Assembly (NCBI GenBank): GCA_002104945.1 | Contig: MCFH01000007.1 | Location: 1,183,294 to 1,247,293 of the forward strand | DNA from: Piromyces finnis finn | Taxonomy: Eukaryota; Fungi; Neocallimastigomycota | Direction of reading: 5' to 3' | DNA: 64,000 nucleotides | Part shown: one piece after another, positions 1 to 13,500 of the stretch | Layout: each line of letters begins with the position of its first letter | How positions within the stretch are numbered: the first letter of the stretch is position 1 | Program-made: the position numbers and the translations under genes | The notes under the pieces: generated by a model | What the model was told of the DNA's origin: nothing | Databases searched by the model: none | What the model saw: the letters and a program-made list of their open reading frames with translations, nothing else

Positions 1-2245
1 TAATTTAATAATTATTTTGAAATAATTGCTTCTATTTTTTTTTTTTTTTTTTGATAAATATAATATAAATTTCTTAATTAATGTTACAACGCTTTTTTAT
101 ATCAATTATTTAAATACTTAAGTAAATATTAAATAATAATTCATTTAAAACTTTTTTCTTTTTTAAAATGAAATGAGTTGATATTGAACTTTCTTAACTT
201 AAAATTTGATATAAAATGAAATAATTGCTTGTGGATTTTACAATTAAAAAATTACTGTTTTGCTTTTGTAGCAATTATTTTTTTATGGTTTAGTTGTGTG
301 ATACGTTAAAAAAATATTAAAAAAAATAACAAAAATTATAAAAATAAAAGTTTTTATTATCAACTATTATAAGAAGGAAAAAATTACAGTTTATTATTAG
401 GATTAATAAAATATTTTTGAATAGTTAATAAAAAAAAATTAATAAAAAAATGGAAAAAAAAACTTAATTTATTAATGAAATAAATTTAATATAAAAAAAT
501 TTTTTTAATTTAATCAAATTAAAAAAAAAGTTATTTTATCAAATTAATAACATATAATAAAATATAATGAAATATGTAATGAAATATATTAAATTTTCAC
601 TTAATTAAGTTATTTAAAAAATAATTAAATTTAAAAATATTAAAATATGAAGTATAAAGAGATTAAATAAAAATATTAAAATGAAATAAAACTTAGTTTT
701 TCATTATATAATGATTAATAATATTTACAATACACTTTTAGATTATAAGCAATAATAAAAATTATATAAAAAATAATAATAGTTAAATTATGTATAATAT
801 TTAATTTATATATATTAATAAGTATGACCATAATTATTATACAATGATTACTTATTCATAACAAGAATAAATTGATTTACTTATAATTTTCTTAATTCTA
901 AAATAAATATTATTTAAAAATACGTATTTCTAATAAGAAATTATTGTATTTTATACTAATAGAAATATTTAAAGAATTTAAATTATTGTTTAATAATGAT
1001 AGATATTATGCATAATTCATATTAAATTAAAGGAAACTAACCTATTTTTATATATTATAAATAGCATAAAAGTATTCAAAAAATGCATAAAATAATAGTT
1101 TTTATTATTCTATAGTTCAAAGCTTTTATTTTATATTTAAATTTTTTATAATTGATAATTTATAAATTTTCTCTGTTATAAATTATAAAAGATATTTATC
1201 TTAATCGATTTTGTATTAAACAAAAAAATTATTTATGTTCTTTAAACTAAACATGAAATAATCTTTAAAGTATTGATTAAATTTAAAATAAATATAGAAA
1301 TAAATATACCAAAATGGCATTATACTTTAAAATACTTGTTATTTACCACATAAAAATATAATATAATTATTTATTATAATAAATATTGTTACACCTCTAT
1401 CATTTTTAATATACATTGAAAATACTATTGATTTAACAAAAAATTATTAAAATTTCACTCAAATTAATTCAATGTAAATATTAAATAATACTTAATAGCT
1501 TTATTACAATAAATTAAATAAGAAATATTATATATTTATTATGAATATTTAACTATTTTATATTAATTTTATTAAAGTAATTTATTAATTAAAAAAGAAG
1601 TATAATATTAGTTATATATTAGCTGTTGTATTTACTATATATTTCTGTTTATATTGAAAAAATGAAATATATTTTGATATTAAAACTTTTAAAACTTTAT
1701 ATTTAATTACAATTTATTTTATTGTTCTAAACTCATAAATATAGATATGGTATTCAATTTAAGACATTTTATTTTTATAATAATTTTTTTTTATTCTTTT
1801 ATTTAATAAATATTCATTAGAACTTTATCCACCATTATCATTATAATTACAACATTTTATATCATTGATACTTTTCAATATAAATGTATTTTCATTATAA
1901 TTAAGATTATATAAGAAAGTTTACATATAATAATTGTTCATATTTCCTAACTAAAAAATATATATATAATAATTATTCAAATCTTTAATATTTAATTAAT
2001 AAAGGCTAATCAATAGCAAAGAATTTCAATTTTCTGTTTTCTAAAAAATCGAAATAATTGAAAAATACATATATTAATATTATATAATATATGTAAAAAA
2101 CAATTTATTTAAATATATAATTAATTTGAATACAATTGATGGTACAATGTATTATACTTTAATATAATCAAATTAATAAACCTTTTTAAATTATTTAATT
2201 ATTACTTTTTTGGAAATTAAATAAATTTTTTATATTAAATTCTAT

Positions 2246-2276
<31 letters not shown>

Positions 2277-3980
2277 TTTTAAATAAGTTACATGAAAAAA
2301 AAATACTAAAGGAATAAATGGATACTTAAATATTTTTATTTTTAAAAAATTAAATAAAATAAGGAATAAAATATAATAGTCACACACACTTTCCTCATAT
2401 CATTTACGTTATAATTTTATTATTATAATTATATATCTTTTTTTTTATTAGAAAAAAAAATTAAGATTAATTATTTTTTGTATAAAGAAAATTTAAAAAT
2501 AATACATATATAAATATTAATATATGTATTATTATTATTCATGAATTAATGCTAAATTAAAACTAATAACCATTAATAGACAACAAAAAAAATGTAAAAT
2601 TTACACTTACTTATTAATTATTAAAAATATATATTCACTAATAAAATTTAAATAGTCTCAATTATAAAAAATAACTAATTCCTACTTTCTAAATAATTTT
2701 AAAATTCAATTTAAAATACAAGATTTTATTGTTTTTTGTTTAACCCAAAGCGAAACATCTACTACTATTATTAGAAGTACATATATTAGATGAGTTAATT
2801 TATTATTGGCACGCCCATTTGAATCTCTACCACTGATAGGTTGAGCCACGGTATTGCACGCCTTCCTCAGTTTTAATAGAGAATTAAATTTATTGCGGAC
2901 AAAATTGTATTTATTTTATCAAAAAATTAAATTTTTATTTCCTTAATCCCAACTTAAAATTACAACTATACTATTGGTTAATAAATATTTTAAATATATA
3001 TGATTGGATAAAAATATAAAGGGTTAAAGAAAATTTTTAAATTCTTAAAATTTAAAAAAAATTGGTTTATTTATATTTATTATTTTGTATTATTAGCTCG
3101 TTTATATAATTCAAAGTATTTTATATATTTATTTATTTATTGTAGTTTCTGTAAAACTGAATTAGTACATTTAATACTTATTATTTATTATTTATTCAAA
3201 AAAAAAAAAAAAAAGAAAAAATTTTAATTATTATCTTTGTAATTAATATTTCATCATGTAATCTTTGTTATATAGTGCGCTAGTTTAAGAAATATAGAGT
3301 TTATTAAATACATAATGAAAACTACAATTAATCGTTTTTATTAATGAATATAAAAAAAAAATAGTTTTTTTTTTGTTGTTTGTAACTATTTCTTACCATC
3401 AAAAGAAATAATAAAATTATGTGTGTATTAAATTTACAATAAAAATTAAAATTTTGTCTCCATTTTCAATAAATAATTGAATTAATATTTTTGTTATTAT
3501 AAAGAAGCAGAATCATTAAATGTTATTTTGAATATGCTGATAAGATGATAAATATAAAAAAAGTAATAATTATTCAATATTTCTAATACAAAAAGGAGTT
3601 AAGGTGTTATTTTATATTTGATAAAAGAATATAGTATAATGAAATAATGGATGTTTTATTTATTAATTAATATATATTTTAAATTTTATATACACTTTTT
3701 TCCATTATAATAATCATAAAATTTATTTAATATTAACAAATTTCTAAAAAAATTAATTTAATAAATAATTATAATAATAAAAAAGAATATTAAAACTAAC
3801 TTGAATTTATAAAATTCAAAAATATAATTTATTTAAAAATATATTATTAAAAAATACATTTCCAATTATATGTTTTTATTTAATTAATACTTTTCTTAAG
3901 TAGTATTAATTTAATAATAATAATAATAATAATAATAGTAATAATAATAATTAAAATATTTTTAATCAAATTAAGAATCC

Positions 3981-4167
3981 ATGGAACAACAATCAGCATC
4001 AACAGAAGTTGTATTGGCAACAGCTGGTTATGATCATACAATTAGATTTTGGGAAGCTTTAAGTGGTATCTGCTTAAGAACTGTTCAACATCCTGATTCT
4101 GTAATATCTTATTATTTATAATTTATGTGAAATAATAAATAGTTATAAATACATAAAATTCTTAATT

Positions 4168-4202
<35 letters not shown>

Positions 4203-6093
4203 CATTTATAATTTATATGCTATTATTTTATAATTGACATTCTTTATATATTTTTGTATATCTATGTTATTATAAATTCTATAGGTAAACAATCATTTAT
4301 TTTTTTTAAAAAATTTGAAAAATAAGATATAGTTATATTAAAATGGATTTCAATAAATTTAATTTTAAAAATGAATATTGAATAAATCATTCAAACAATT
4401 GAATTGTATTTAAAAAGTAATTTTTATTAACAATTATTTATAAAAAAATAAACAACAACAACAACAAACAGGTTTAATTATAATACATATATTGGGCAGT
4501 AGTAATTCAAAAATATCTATAGAAATTAGTTCAATTATATACAAATTATTTAATTATTTTTATACTTAATCATAATTTTTCATTCAGTGTGAGAAAATAT
4601 GTTTTTAATGTTAAAAATTAATCAGAAAGTTCCATGTAATTTTTAAAGGAACAATACAATCTTTTCAAGCATATAAATTCAACAATACTTTAAATAATAA
4701 AAGTTTATACCATTTAGTTGAATATATATTATTTATTATTCCTCTTTAATTTTTTTATATTATTTAGATATTTACTTTAATACAAAATCTAAAATATAAT
4801 TTTTATTTTGAAATTGCAATTTATTAAAAAATTAAGAAAAAAAAGAATGATTATAAAGACGTTTCCACTACCTAAATGAAATAATAAAATAGATTAAATT
4901 CATACAAATTAATATTTTTAATGTTTTTAATTGCCAACATTATATACTAATATATATTAAAATATTGATGATAATAGCAAGTAAATAGATTAGCTATTTC
5001 CCCTGATAAAAGATATTTAGCAGCAGCTGGTATTACTTATATTTTAATATATATAATAGTTATAAAATTTTTAAATACTAACAATTATGTTATATTTACT
5101 TGAATATTGTTGTGAAGGTAATCCACATGTTCGTTTATACGAAGTCCAAACAAATAATCCAAATCCAGTACGTTTTAATTTTCAATTGTTAAATTTTCAT
5201 TTTTTTGAATTAAAATAAATAATTTTCAATATTTTGTTTTTACCTTTCTTAATTTAATTAATAAAAGGTTGTTAATTTTGATGGACATACTGGTAATGTA
5301 ACTGCTATTGCATATCAATCTGCAGGTAGATGGATTGTTACAGGTAGTGAAGATGGCACTATAAAGATTTGGGATGTTAGGTAATTTTATTATTATAATT
5401 ATTATTTTAATTAAATATTAATGTATATAATAATTTTAAAATAATAAAAAAAAAATAATAGAGCACCAGGGGTTCAAAGAGATTATGAATTAAAAGTACC
5501 TGTTAATGATGTTATTATTCATCCTAATCAAGGTGAACTTGTTTCTTGTGATCAAAGTGGTTCCATAAAGGTTTGGGATTTAAGTGAAAATCTATGTACT
5601 CATGAATTAGTAAGTTTTAATGTGGTATTTTTGATGTAATAATAATTAAACTACTCAATATTTAAATATTTTAAGCAAATGATATATACTTAAATTTTGT
5701 GATTTTAACCACATTTTTATAGTTACCAGAGGAAGATGTTCCAGCTCGTTCTGTATCTATGGCAGCTGATGGTTCTATGCTAATTTGTAGTAATAATAAG
5801 GTAATTATTAATGTTATTATTTTAGAAATTTAAATATATACATCAAATAATATTTTTATATATTATTATTAAGACAAATTAATAATATATAAATTATCTA
5901 TATTTAATATATTTATTAGGGTAATTTTTATGTATGGAAAATGAAAGAAAAAGGTGATTTAACTGAACTTGAAGCAGTTCAAAAAGTTAACGCTCATAGT
6001 AAATATATCACAAAATGTGTATTAAGTCCAGATACAAGGTAATTTTTAGTTTTTCTAGTTAAGTAAATAGAACAATAAAATCAAAAAAATATG

Positions 6094-6125
<32 letters not shown>

Positions 6126-6566
6126 TATCATTATATATATTAATGTTGTATTTTATTTTTGATAATTATTATAAATTGATTAAAAAAAATTTTTTTTTCT
6201 ACATTATTACTATAGATCATTAGCAACATGTAGTGCAGATAATACTGTTAAAATATGGGAAAATGTTAATAATGATGGTCAATTTTCTTTAACAAAAAAA
6301 TTAGTTGGTCATCAAAGATGGGTTTGGGATTGCTCATTTTCTGCTGATTCAGCTTATTTAATAACAGGTAAATTATATATAAATAGGCAAATAATATAAT
6401 AATTATAGAATATATATTATATTTATTTTAATTTTTATTTTTATTAATAGGATCATCTGATCACACAGCAAGATTATGGGATTTAAATACTTCTGAAACT
6501 ATTCGAACCTATAATGGACATCAAAAGGCAGTCGTTTGTGTTGCCTTACATGATGTTAGTTTATAG
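3981..6566 (+). CDS. LST8: TOR complex subunit LST8 (WD40), 9 coding exons, all GT-AG introns
   Basis: Manual splicing gives [40 protein letters not shown]|[18 protein letters not shown]|NPHVRLYE...[33 protein letters not shown]...[31 protein letters not shown]...[12 protein letters not shown], the characteristic LST8 sequence. Exon 1 is 3981-4100, exon 2 is 4978-5029 and the last exon ends with TAG at 6564-6566. Confidence 0.96.
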
Positions 6567-7840
6567 GTATTACTTAATAATATTTATAAATATATCTTTT
6601 TTATATTATAATTTTTAATAATCTTAAATTTTAAATTAAAATAAAAGTTTAATATACCATTATTATTTTAAATAATAATAATTTTTTTTGAAAAATTATA
6701 AATATATTTTATTTTAATTAGGATTATTTATTAAAATATTATTTGATTCATTTAAAATTTTTCAAAACAAAGAAAAAAAAAATTAATTATACCTTTTATT
6801 TTTTATCTAAACTTTAATGTACAAACAAACAAACAAACAAACAAACAAATAAATAAATAAGTAAATAAATAAATAAATAAATAAATGTTTAATAAAAGTT
6901 ATGTTATTATATTGGTTTTATTATTTATATTTAATTTTGTCAACTTTAATATTGCTAAGTAAGGGTTAAAATTTATTATTTGTTAAAGTAGTATAAATTT
7001 ATATGTATTTAAATATTTAAAATATGGCTTCCGTAATAAATTTAAATATGTGACAAGTACTTATATAAATATTAAAATATTAATTTTTAAATTATAAGTA
7101 TTTCACTTATAAAAAGATAAATACTAATCTTCATGTTCTAACTAACGATAGCGTTATATATTAACTTCTTTAATGATAAGGATCTTATTTGTATTCTAAA
7201 GTATTCTCTTACTTGGTGAATAGTTATCCAAAAATATGGAACAAAAATAAATGATTTAACAAAATAAACATGAACAAATATGATATAAAAAATAAAAAGA
7301 ATAAAATAGTTATTATAATATATTTGTTATATTTGTTTGCTCATTTATATCATTTTTTATATTTATTAATTAATCAAAAAATATTATATTAAATTTTGTT
7401 AAATGTTAGCAAAAAATTTCCATTAATATTTAATAATATTTTATTGTTAGCAACTATTATTTTATTTAATAATTTCTTCTTTTAAAATAGAAACAATACT
7501 ATTATAATTCAATGAGGAAATAATGCATCTAGATTAACAAAAATTGCTGTTATATTTTTTAATTAATAATTATAATTTTATAATATAAATTTATTAAAAT
7601 CTTCAAATGAATTTTTTTTTTTAAAAAAAGTTATTTAGAAAAAATATCTTTATATCTTTATATCTTTATATATAAATAAATAAATAAATTTATTTTCAAA
7701 AAAAAAAAAAAAAAAAAAATAAAATATAAAATATATATAATAAAAATCATAAAAATACAAGTTTCTATAAAAGAAAGAAGAAGAATTAAATAATAAAATT
7801 GTAAAAGTTAAAAATTTTAACATTTTTATTTTACATAAAT

Positions 7841-8096
7841 ATGAATCAAATGTTATCTACATTTTCAAATTCAAATACTTTTAGATCTAATATATCGCAG
7901 TTAACTTTAAGTTCATTTTCAACTCTTATTAAAAATATAGTTAATTCCAATTGTATTAGTAAAATAAATATTCATAAAAGAAATTACATTTATTTTAAAT
8001 GTAATACTTCTTGGAACAATAATTTAAGAGAAAATAAATTTAATTCCTTTTATATTAATAAGAAATTATTTTCATTTAAAAATAATATTCATTCAG
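7841..8096 (+). CDS. Probable upstream coding exon of the dipeptidase gene, encoding an 85-aa organellar-presequence-like peptide
   Basis: The ORF from ATG 7841 has a CAG|GTAACT donor at 8096/8097 (phase 1). This matches in phase an AAG|GT acceptor at 8615/8616 inside the dipeptidase ORF, with CTAAT at 8602-8606. The peptide has 11 K/R, 1 E, no D and many Ser/Asn. Confidence 0.5.
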
Positions 8097-8608
8097 GTAA
8101 CTTTTATGATATATTTAATATCCCTGTTTTTTTTTATAATAAATATTTTTATTAGTTATAACCTTATGAAAATAAGTTGCTATATTAATATCTATTATAT
8201 TGTAAAAGAAACATATATTTATTCATAATAAAAAAAATAACTTTTTTTATTTAAAATGGTTTTAACATTTATTTGAAATATATTAGAAATTCAAAATATA
8301 TATTATAATTGTTTATATATATGTAAACAACAATATTATTACTAATGTATTACAATGATATATAACAATTATCAAAATAATGATATTTAGTTATTTATGC
8401 CAATACATTTAAAAAAAGTGATAAAGTGACAATTTTATTTTTTTAAATGACTATTTTAATATAATTTTCACTACTCTTTATTTAACTATTTAATTTGTGA
8501 TTGGTTTAATTTCCTAATATATGAAATTTTAAAAATTTAAAATTTAAAAATAATATAAATTAAATTCAAAAGTTAATTTATTCATATAATTTTTAAATTT
8601 TCTAATAA

Positions 8609-10090
8609 ATGGAAGGTTCAAAGAGAGCTTCTTGTACTACAATTCTTGTAGGAAAAAATGCCACCTATGATGGTTCTACAATGATGGCTCGTACTGAAGA
8701 TTCAAGTGCTGGAAATTTTTGTTCAAAAAAACATATTGTTGTAAAACCTTCTGAGCAACCTCGTCATTATAAATCCGTTTTGTCAAAATTTGAGATAGAT
8801 CTTCCAGAAGACCCACTTCAATATACTGCAATGCCAAATGCAAATCCAAAGGATGGCATTTGGGGTGAAGCAGGAATAAATACTAAAAATGTAGCCGTAT
8901 CTGAAACAGAAACAATCACTTCGAATGCATTAGTATTAGGTGCAGATCCATTAGTTGAAACTGGTATTGGTGAAGAGGATATATTAACAATAACTTTACC
9001 TTACATTGATTCAGCAAGAAAAGGTGTCGAAAGACTTGGCTCAATATTAGCTAAATATGGTACATACGAAATGAATGGAATTGGATTCCAGGATGAAAAT
9101 GAAATATGGTGGCTTGAAACTATTGGTGGTCATCATTTTATTGCAAAGAGAGTGCCAGATGATTCCTATGTTGTTGGTCCAAATCAACAAGGAATAAAAA
9201 CATTCGATTTTGTCGATGCTTATGGAGAAAAAAAGAATCATATTTGTTCAAGTGATTTGGTTGAATTTATCGTTAATAATAAATTAGATTTATCATTTAA
9301 TTCATCTAAAAACTTGAAATGCGAAAGAAATTTTGATGTTAGAGCTGCACTAGGAAGTCATACAGATTTTGATAAAGTGTATAATACCCCAAGAGCATGG
9401 TTTATGCATAAATATTTAAGTCCAAAAAAATATAAATGGGAAGGTCCAAATTCAGAATTCACACCAGAAAGTCTTGATTTACCATGGTCTTTAGTTCCAG
9501 ATCATAAAATAACTGTTGATGATATTAAATATCTTATGTCATCCCACTATCAAGGTACTAAATTCAATCCATATGGAAAGTATGGTGATTTGTCAGAAGC
9601 TGGGAAATATAGACCTATTGGTATTAATAGAACCAATTTTGTAACACTTACTCAAATAAGAAGATATATGCCAGACGAAATCAAATCTCTTGAATGGATT
9701 GCTGTTGGTTCTTGTATTTTTAATGCTTTTATGCCTCAATATTCAAGAGTTAATGATTCTCCAAAATATATTAAAGAAGTCACTGATGAAGTTACTACTG
9801 AAAATTTCTACTGGATCAATAGAATTATTGCTGCTTTAGCTGATACTCATTATAGTGATGTAATGGTATGGATTGAAAGATATCAGAAAAAAATAGCTGC
9901 TAAAGGTCATGAATTTATTAATAAATATGATAAACAATATCAAGAAGGAAATATTTCAAAGACATTTTTAGATGATGCTAACAATGAAATCGCAAATTTT
10001 GTTAAAAAAGAAACTTCTGACCTTTTAGGAAAAGTATTATATACTTCAAGTTTAAAAATGAAAAATGCATTTTCAAGATCAGATGCTTAA
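8609..10090 (+). CDS. pepD: Dipeptidase, peptidase family C69 (PepD/PepDA-like Ntn hydrolase), bacterial type
   Basis: Motifs CTTILVGKNATYDGSTMMARTED (N-terminal Cys nucleophile), GIWGEAGIN, ETETIT, GIGEED, YGTYEMNG, WLETIGGHH, YNTPRAW, SSHYQGT and RPIGINR match the Lactobacillus PepDA family. No intron in the 493-codon body. Confidence 0.93.
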   Translation: MEGSKRASCTTILVGKNATYDGSTMMARTEDSSAGNFCSKKHIVVKPSEQPRHYKSVLSKFEIDLPEDPLQYTAMPNANPKDGIWGEAGINTKNVAVSETETITSNALVLGADPLVETGIGEEDILTITLPYIDSARKGVERLGSILAKYGTYEMNGIGFQDENEIWWLETIGGHHFIAKRVPDDSYVVGPNQQGIKTFDFVDAYGEKKNHICSSDLVEFIVNNKLDLSFNSSKNLKCERNFDVRAALGSHTDFDKVYNTPRAWFMHKYLSPKKYKWEGPNSEFTPESLDLPWSLVPDHKITVDDIKYLMSSHYQGTKFNPYGKYGDLSEAGKYRPIGINRTNFVTLTQIRRYMPDEIKSLEWIAVGSCIFNAFMPQYSRVNDSPKYIKEVTDEVTTENFYWINRIIAALADTHYSDVMVWIERYQKKIAAKGHEFINKYDKQYQEGNISKTFLDDANNEIANFVKKETSDLLGKVLYTSSLKMKNAFSRSDA

Positions 10091-10504
10091 ACGAATAATA
10101 TTCATTTTAAAAATTCTATTGTTAATATGATATATTTATATACAAAATAATAAAATCATAAAAATTAACATAATATAAATATTATTAGCAATACTATTAA
10201 AGAATTATTATAAATAAATTATAATAATCAAAGTAAATTTATAATATTTAATAAGTAGAAAAGAACATAATTAATAAAAAACTTTATTTTTAATTATTAG
10301 AATTATGTATATTTTTCTGTTAATTTTATTATTATTTTATATTTTAAAATATATAAAAAATTAAAGTAAAAAATTATAAATAATCCTGTTATTTAAAATT
10401 TTGTATTATAAAATTTAATTTACTAATTTTAGTTATGTATATACTGTTCTTATTAAAAAAAAAATATTAATATATAAACATAACTTATTTTATAATAATA
10501 TTAT

Positions 10505-13500
10505 TTAATTTTTGGAAAAAATCCTCATAATATTATTTAAATTGAAATATTGATTATAAAAATTAACATATTCGTTTATACTTTTCAATTCATCATCATT
10601 ATATATTTCTATTTTTTTTGAAGTACAATTACATATGTATGAATTATGTAAGATGCATTTTGTATTTGGAATATTTATAAAATATTTATATCTAGTATTC
10701 CCATTTTTGGAATGAATCATATATATAATATATGAAAAGTAACCAAAAAATATAATGAAGCAACTTACAAAATTTGAATAAAATTGAATTATTTGTGAAG
10801 TTCCCAAATTATTTTTAAATAGTGTATATAATGTAATCTATAATTTTTAGTATACATAAATGAAAATGATAATAGATATAATTTTGTTATGTATAATTTG
10901 AAAAAAAAAAAAAAAAAAAGAATCAATATAACTAATATATTAATATTATAAATAGTATAATTTATAAAAACTTTACATTAAGAATTGGCTCAAAGAATAT
11001 CCATATAATACATAAAATACCTATTATTTTACAGTCAACAAAGATATATCTTCCATTACTAATCAACTGATATTTTAAAATATCATAAATTAAAAATATA
11101 AATTGAACTATAGTCATTAAAAACATAATATAATTGGATGGACATATGTGATGAAAATAATTGTTTATCATGAGTTCACTAGATAAAGATTTATTCCGTG
11201 CAATAATATAATATACTATTGATGGTATTAAATATAGAATAAAAGAAATATATGTTGTTATAATATTATAGTAACATAATCTCAACATTTTCTCAAACTT
11301 GTTTTTTATCTTATCTTTTTTAAAATTAAAATTAAAAGGTGTTAATGGATTTAATAATAATTCATTAACTTTTTCATTTGAATTACATTGATTTGGATAA
11401 AGATTACTATATGAATCACAATAACCTTGATTAACATTATTATTTGAATTATGCTGATTTAAATTAAGATTACAATTTGAATTATGATTTAAATTATTGT
11501 ATTGTAATGTTGATAAATGGGATTGAGAACCATTTGCATTAGACATTATTTGAGAACCATATATATTTTCATATGAAACATTACTTTCTACTCTTGATGG
11601 TAAATTATCGGTACTACTTCTATTATTATTTTTATTTCCAATTTTTTTATTTGAAATGATATCTTTATGACAACAATTTTCATTACTAGCAAAACCTTTA
11701 AAATTATTTTTAATTACAGAACTTAATTTATTTTTATTTGAGAAAAACAAATTTTCACATATTTGAGTAGAAAGTATATTGTTTAAAAGAATATAATCTA
11801 CTCTTCCAGAATTGAATTTAATAGTGAAAGTGGAAGCAATTATTAATTTTATTGTGAAAGGTGTATATATTAATAAGAACCCAATAGATAACAAAAGAAA
11901 TTGTAAAAAACAATTACTTATACTATTTGATATTATATAAAAGTTACTGAAATTTTTTATAATACATCCCATAGATATGGAAATCATGGACACTAATCCG
12001 AAATCTTTTATTATTAAAACATTAGCATTAGATAATATATATAAAGTAGAAATTGCCATGATTATACTACTTGTAATTGTAATAACTTTAAATATATTTT
12101 CATAATGACTATTTAGTATTATTAATAGAAAATAAGGAAATTAGAAAGAAATATATACTTTAAAACAATTTTAAAAATTATAATATTTTAAAAATTACTT
12201 TTCTGGTCCATAATCCAATGTGAGACAGTCATTTCCTGTATATCCTGCAAGGCATACACATACATTAATATTCGGATCATTGACATTCATATGAATATTT
12301 TCAGGTTTTATACATTTCTTATTACCAATTAAACAATTATCATTACAATTTGGAAGTTCACATGTATAAAAATTATTGCTATCAATAACTTTAATACTGT
12401 CTCTACTACAATCATTAATTTTTAATTTAATATTTAAATAAGTTTCCTTCAAAATATTTAATGTATTATTTTTAGCTTTTATCTTTAAATAATAATATCC
12501 AGCATCTTTACATAACACTTGTAAAAAATTAATATTGTTTTTACCTATTTTTTATTTAAGAAAAATTAATATTTTATTCATATCTATTTAAAATTCTTTA
12601 TTATTATATGTATGATAAGCAATTACCTCTATTAAAAATATTTTCAGAAGTAACAATTGAGTAATTAGGAACTTTTTCATTCCTATCATAATCATATAAC
12701 TCTATGGTGATTCCAATATCAGAATAAAATTTTTCTAAATCTTCAACAATATTATTTAATTTATCTTTAAGAATTATTGAAAAAGATGTTGTTTCTCCAG
12801 AGTATATTTCAATTCCATTTTTGATTTCATTATTAGTTAAACCACCTATATTATTTGAATTTTCAATTTCAAATTGAGTAGGATGTGTTGCAAAATCAGG
12901 TCCATGAGAATTAGCTTTATTATTTTTAAATTCATTTTCATTTGATTTCATTTTCAATAAATTATGAATGTAATATATTCTATCATTAGGTTGTTCAAAA
13001 AAAAATACACCACCTGCAACTCCAACTGAATTATTAAAGAATTTATTTTTTCTTATATCTAAATTATATTGGAATTCTATTCTATTATTAATAAATGCAA
13101 CACCTCCAAAATAACCAGCTTTATTATATTCAAAATTTGATTCTATTATTGATATTGATTTTTGATATTTATATTCATTACTAGTATCTTCATTTAAATA
13201 GAGAATAGTACCTTTACTGTGACATATATTTGAAGTAAATATTGAATTATTTATATAAATATTATTATTTTTTGTATCATTAAAAAAGCTAAGTCAAATT
13301 AAAAGAGAATTTATTATAATAAAAAATATATGAAAGTAATAAAATTTAGTATATATAATATAGTTTTGTTAATTAAATCAAAAAAATTTTATTTACAAGA
13401 TTCCAGATGAGTATGATTCATTGTTCATGAATTCAGAATAATCTATATTAATATTTATATTATTTGCCATTGATATAAATCCGTAATCATTTTTACTTCC

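Noticed and set aside
7130-7260. Possible decayed LINE RT fragment on the minus strand (YFRIQIRSLSLKKLIYNAIVS versus FLRNPNIPIPFKKLVLNSQVIS)
   Set aside because: The similarity is too short and weak to support by eye; it needs TBLASTN.
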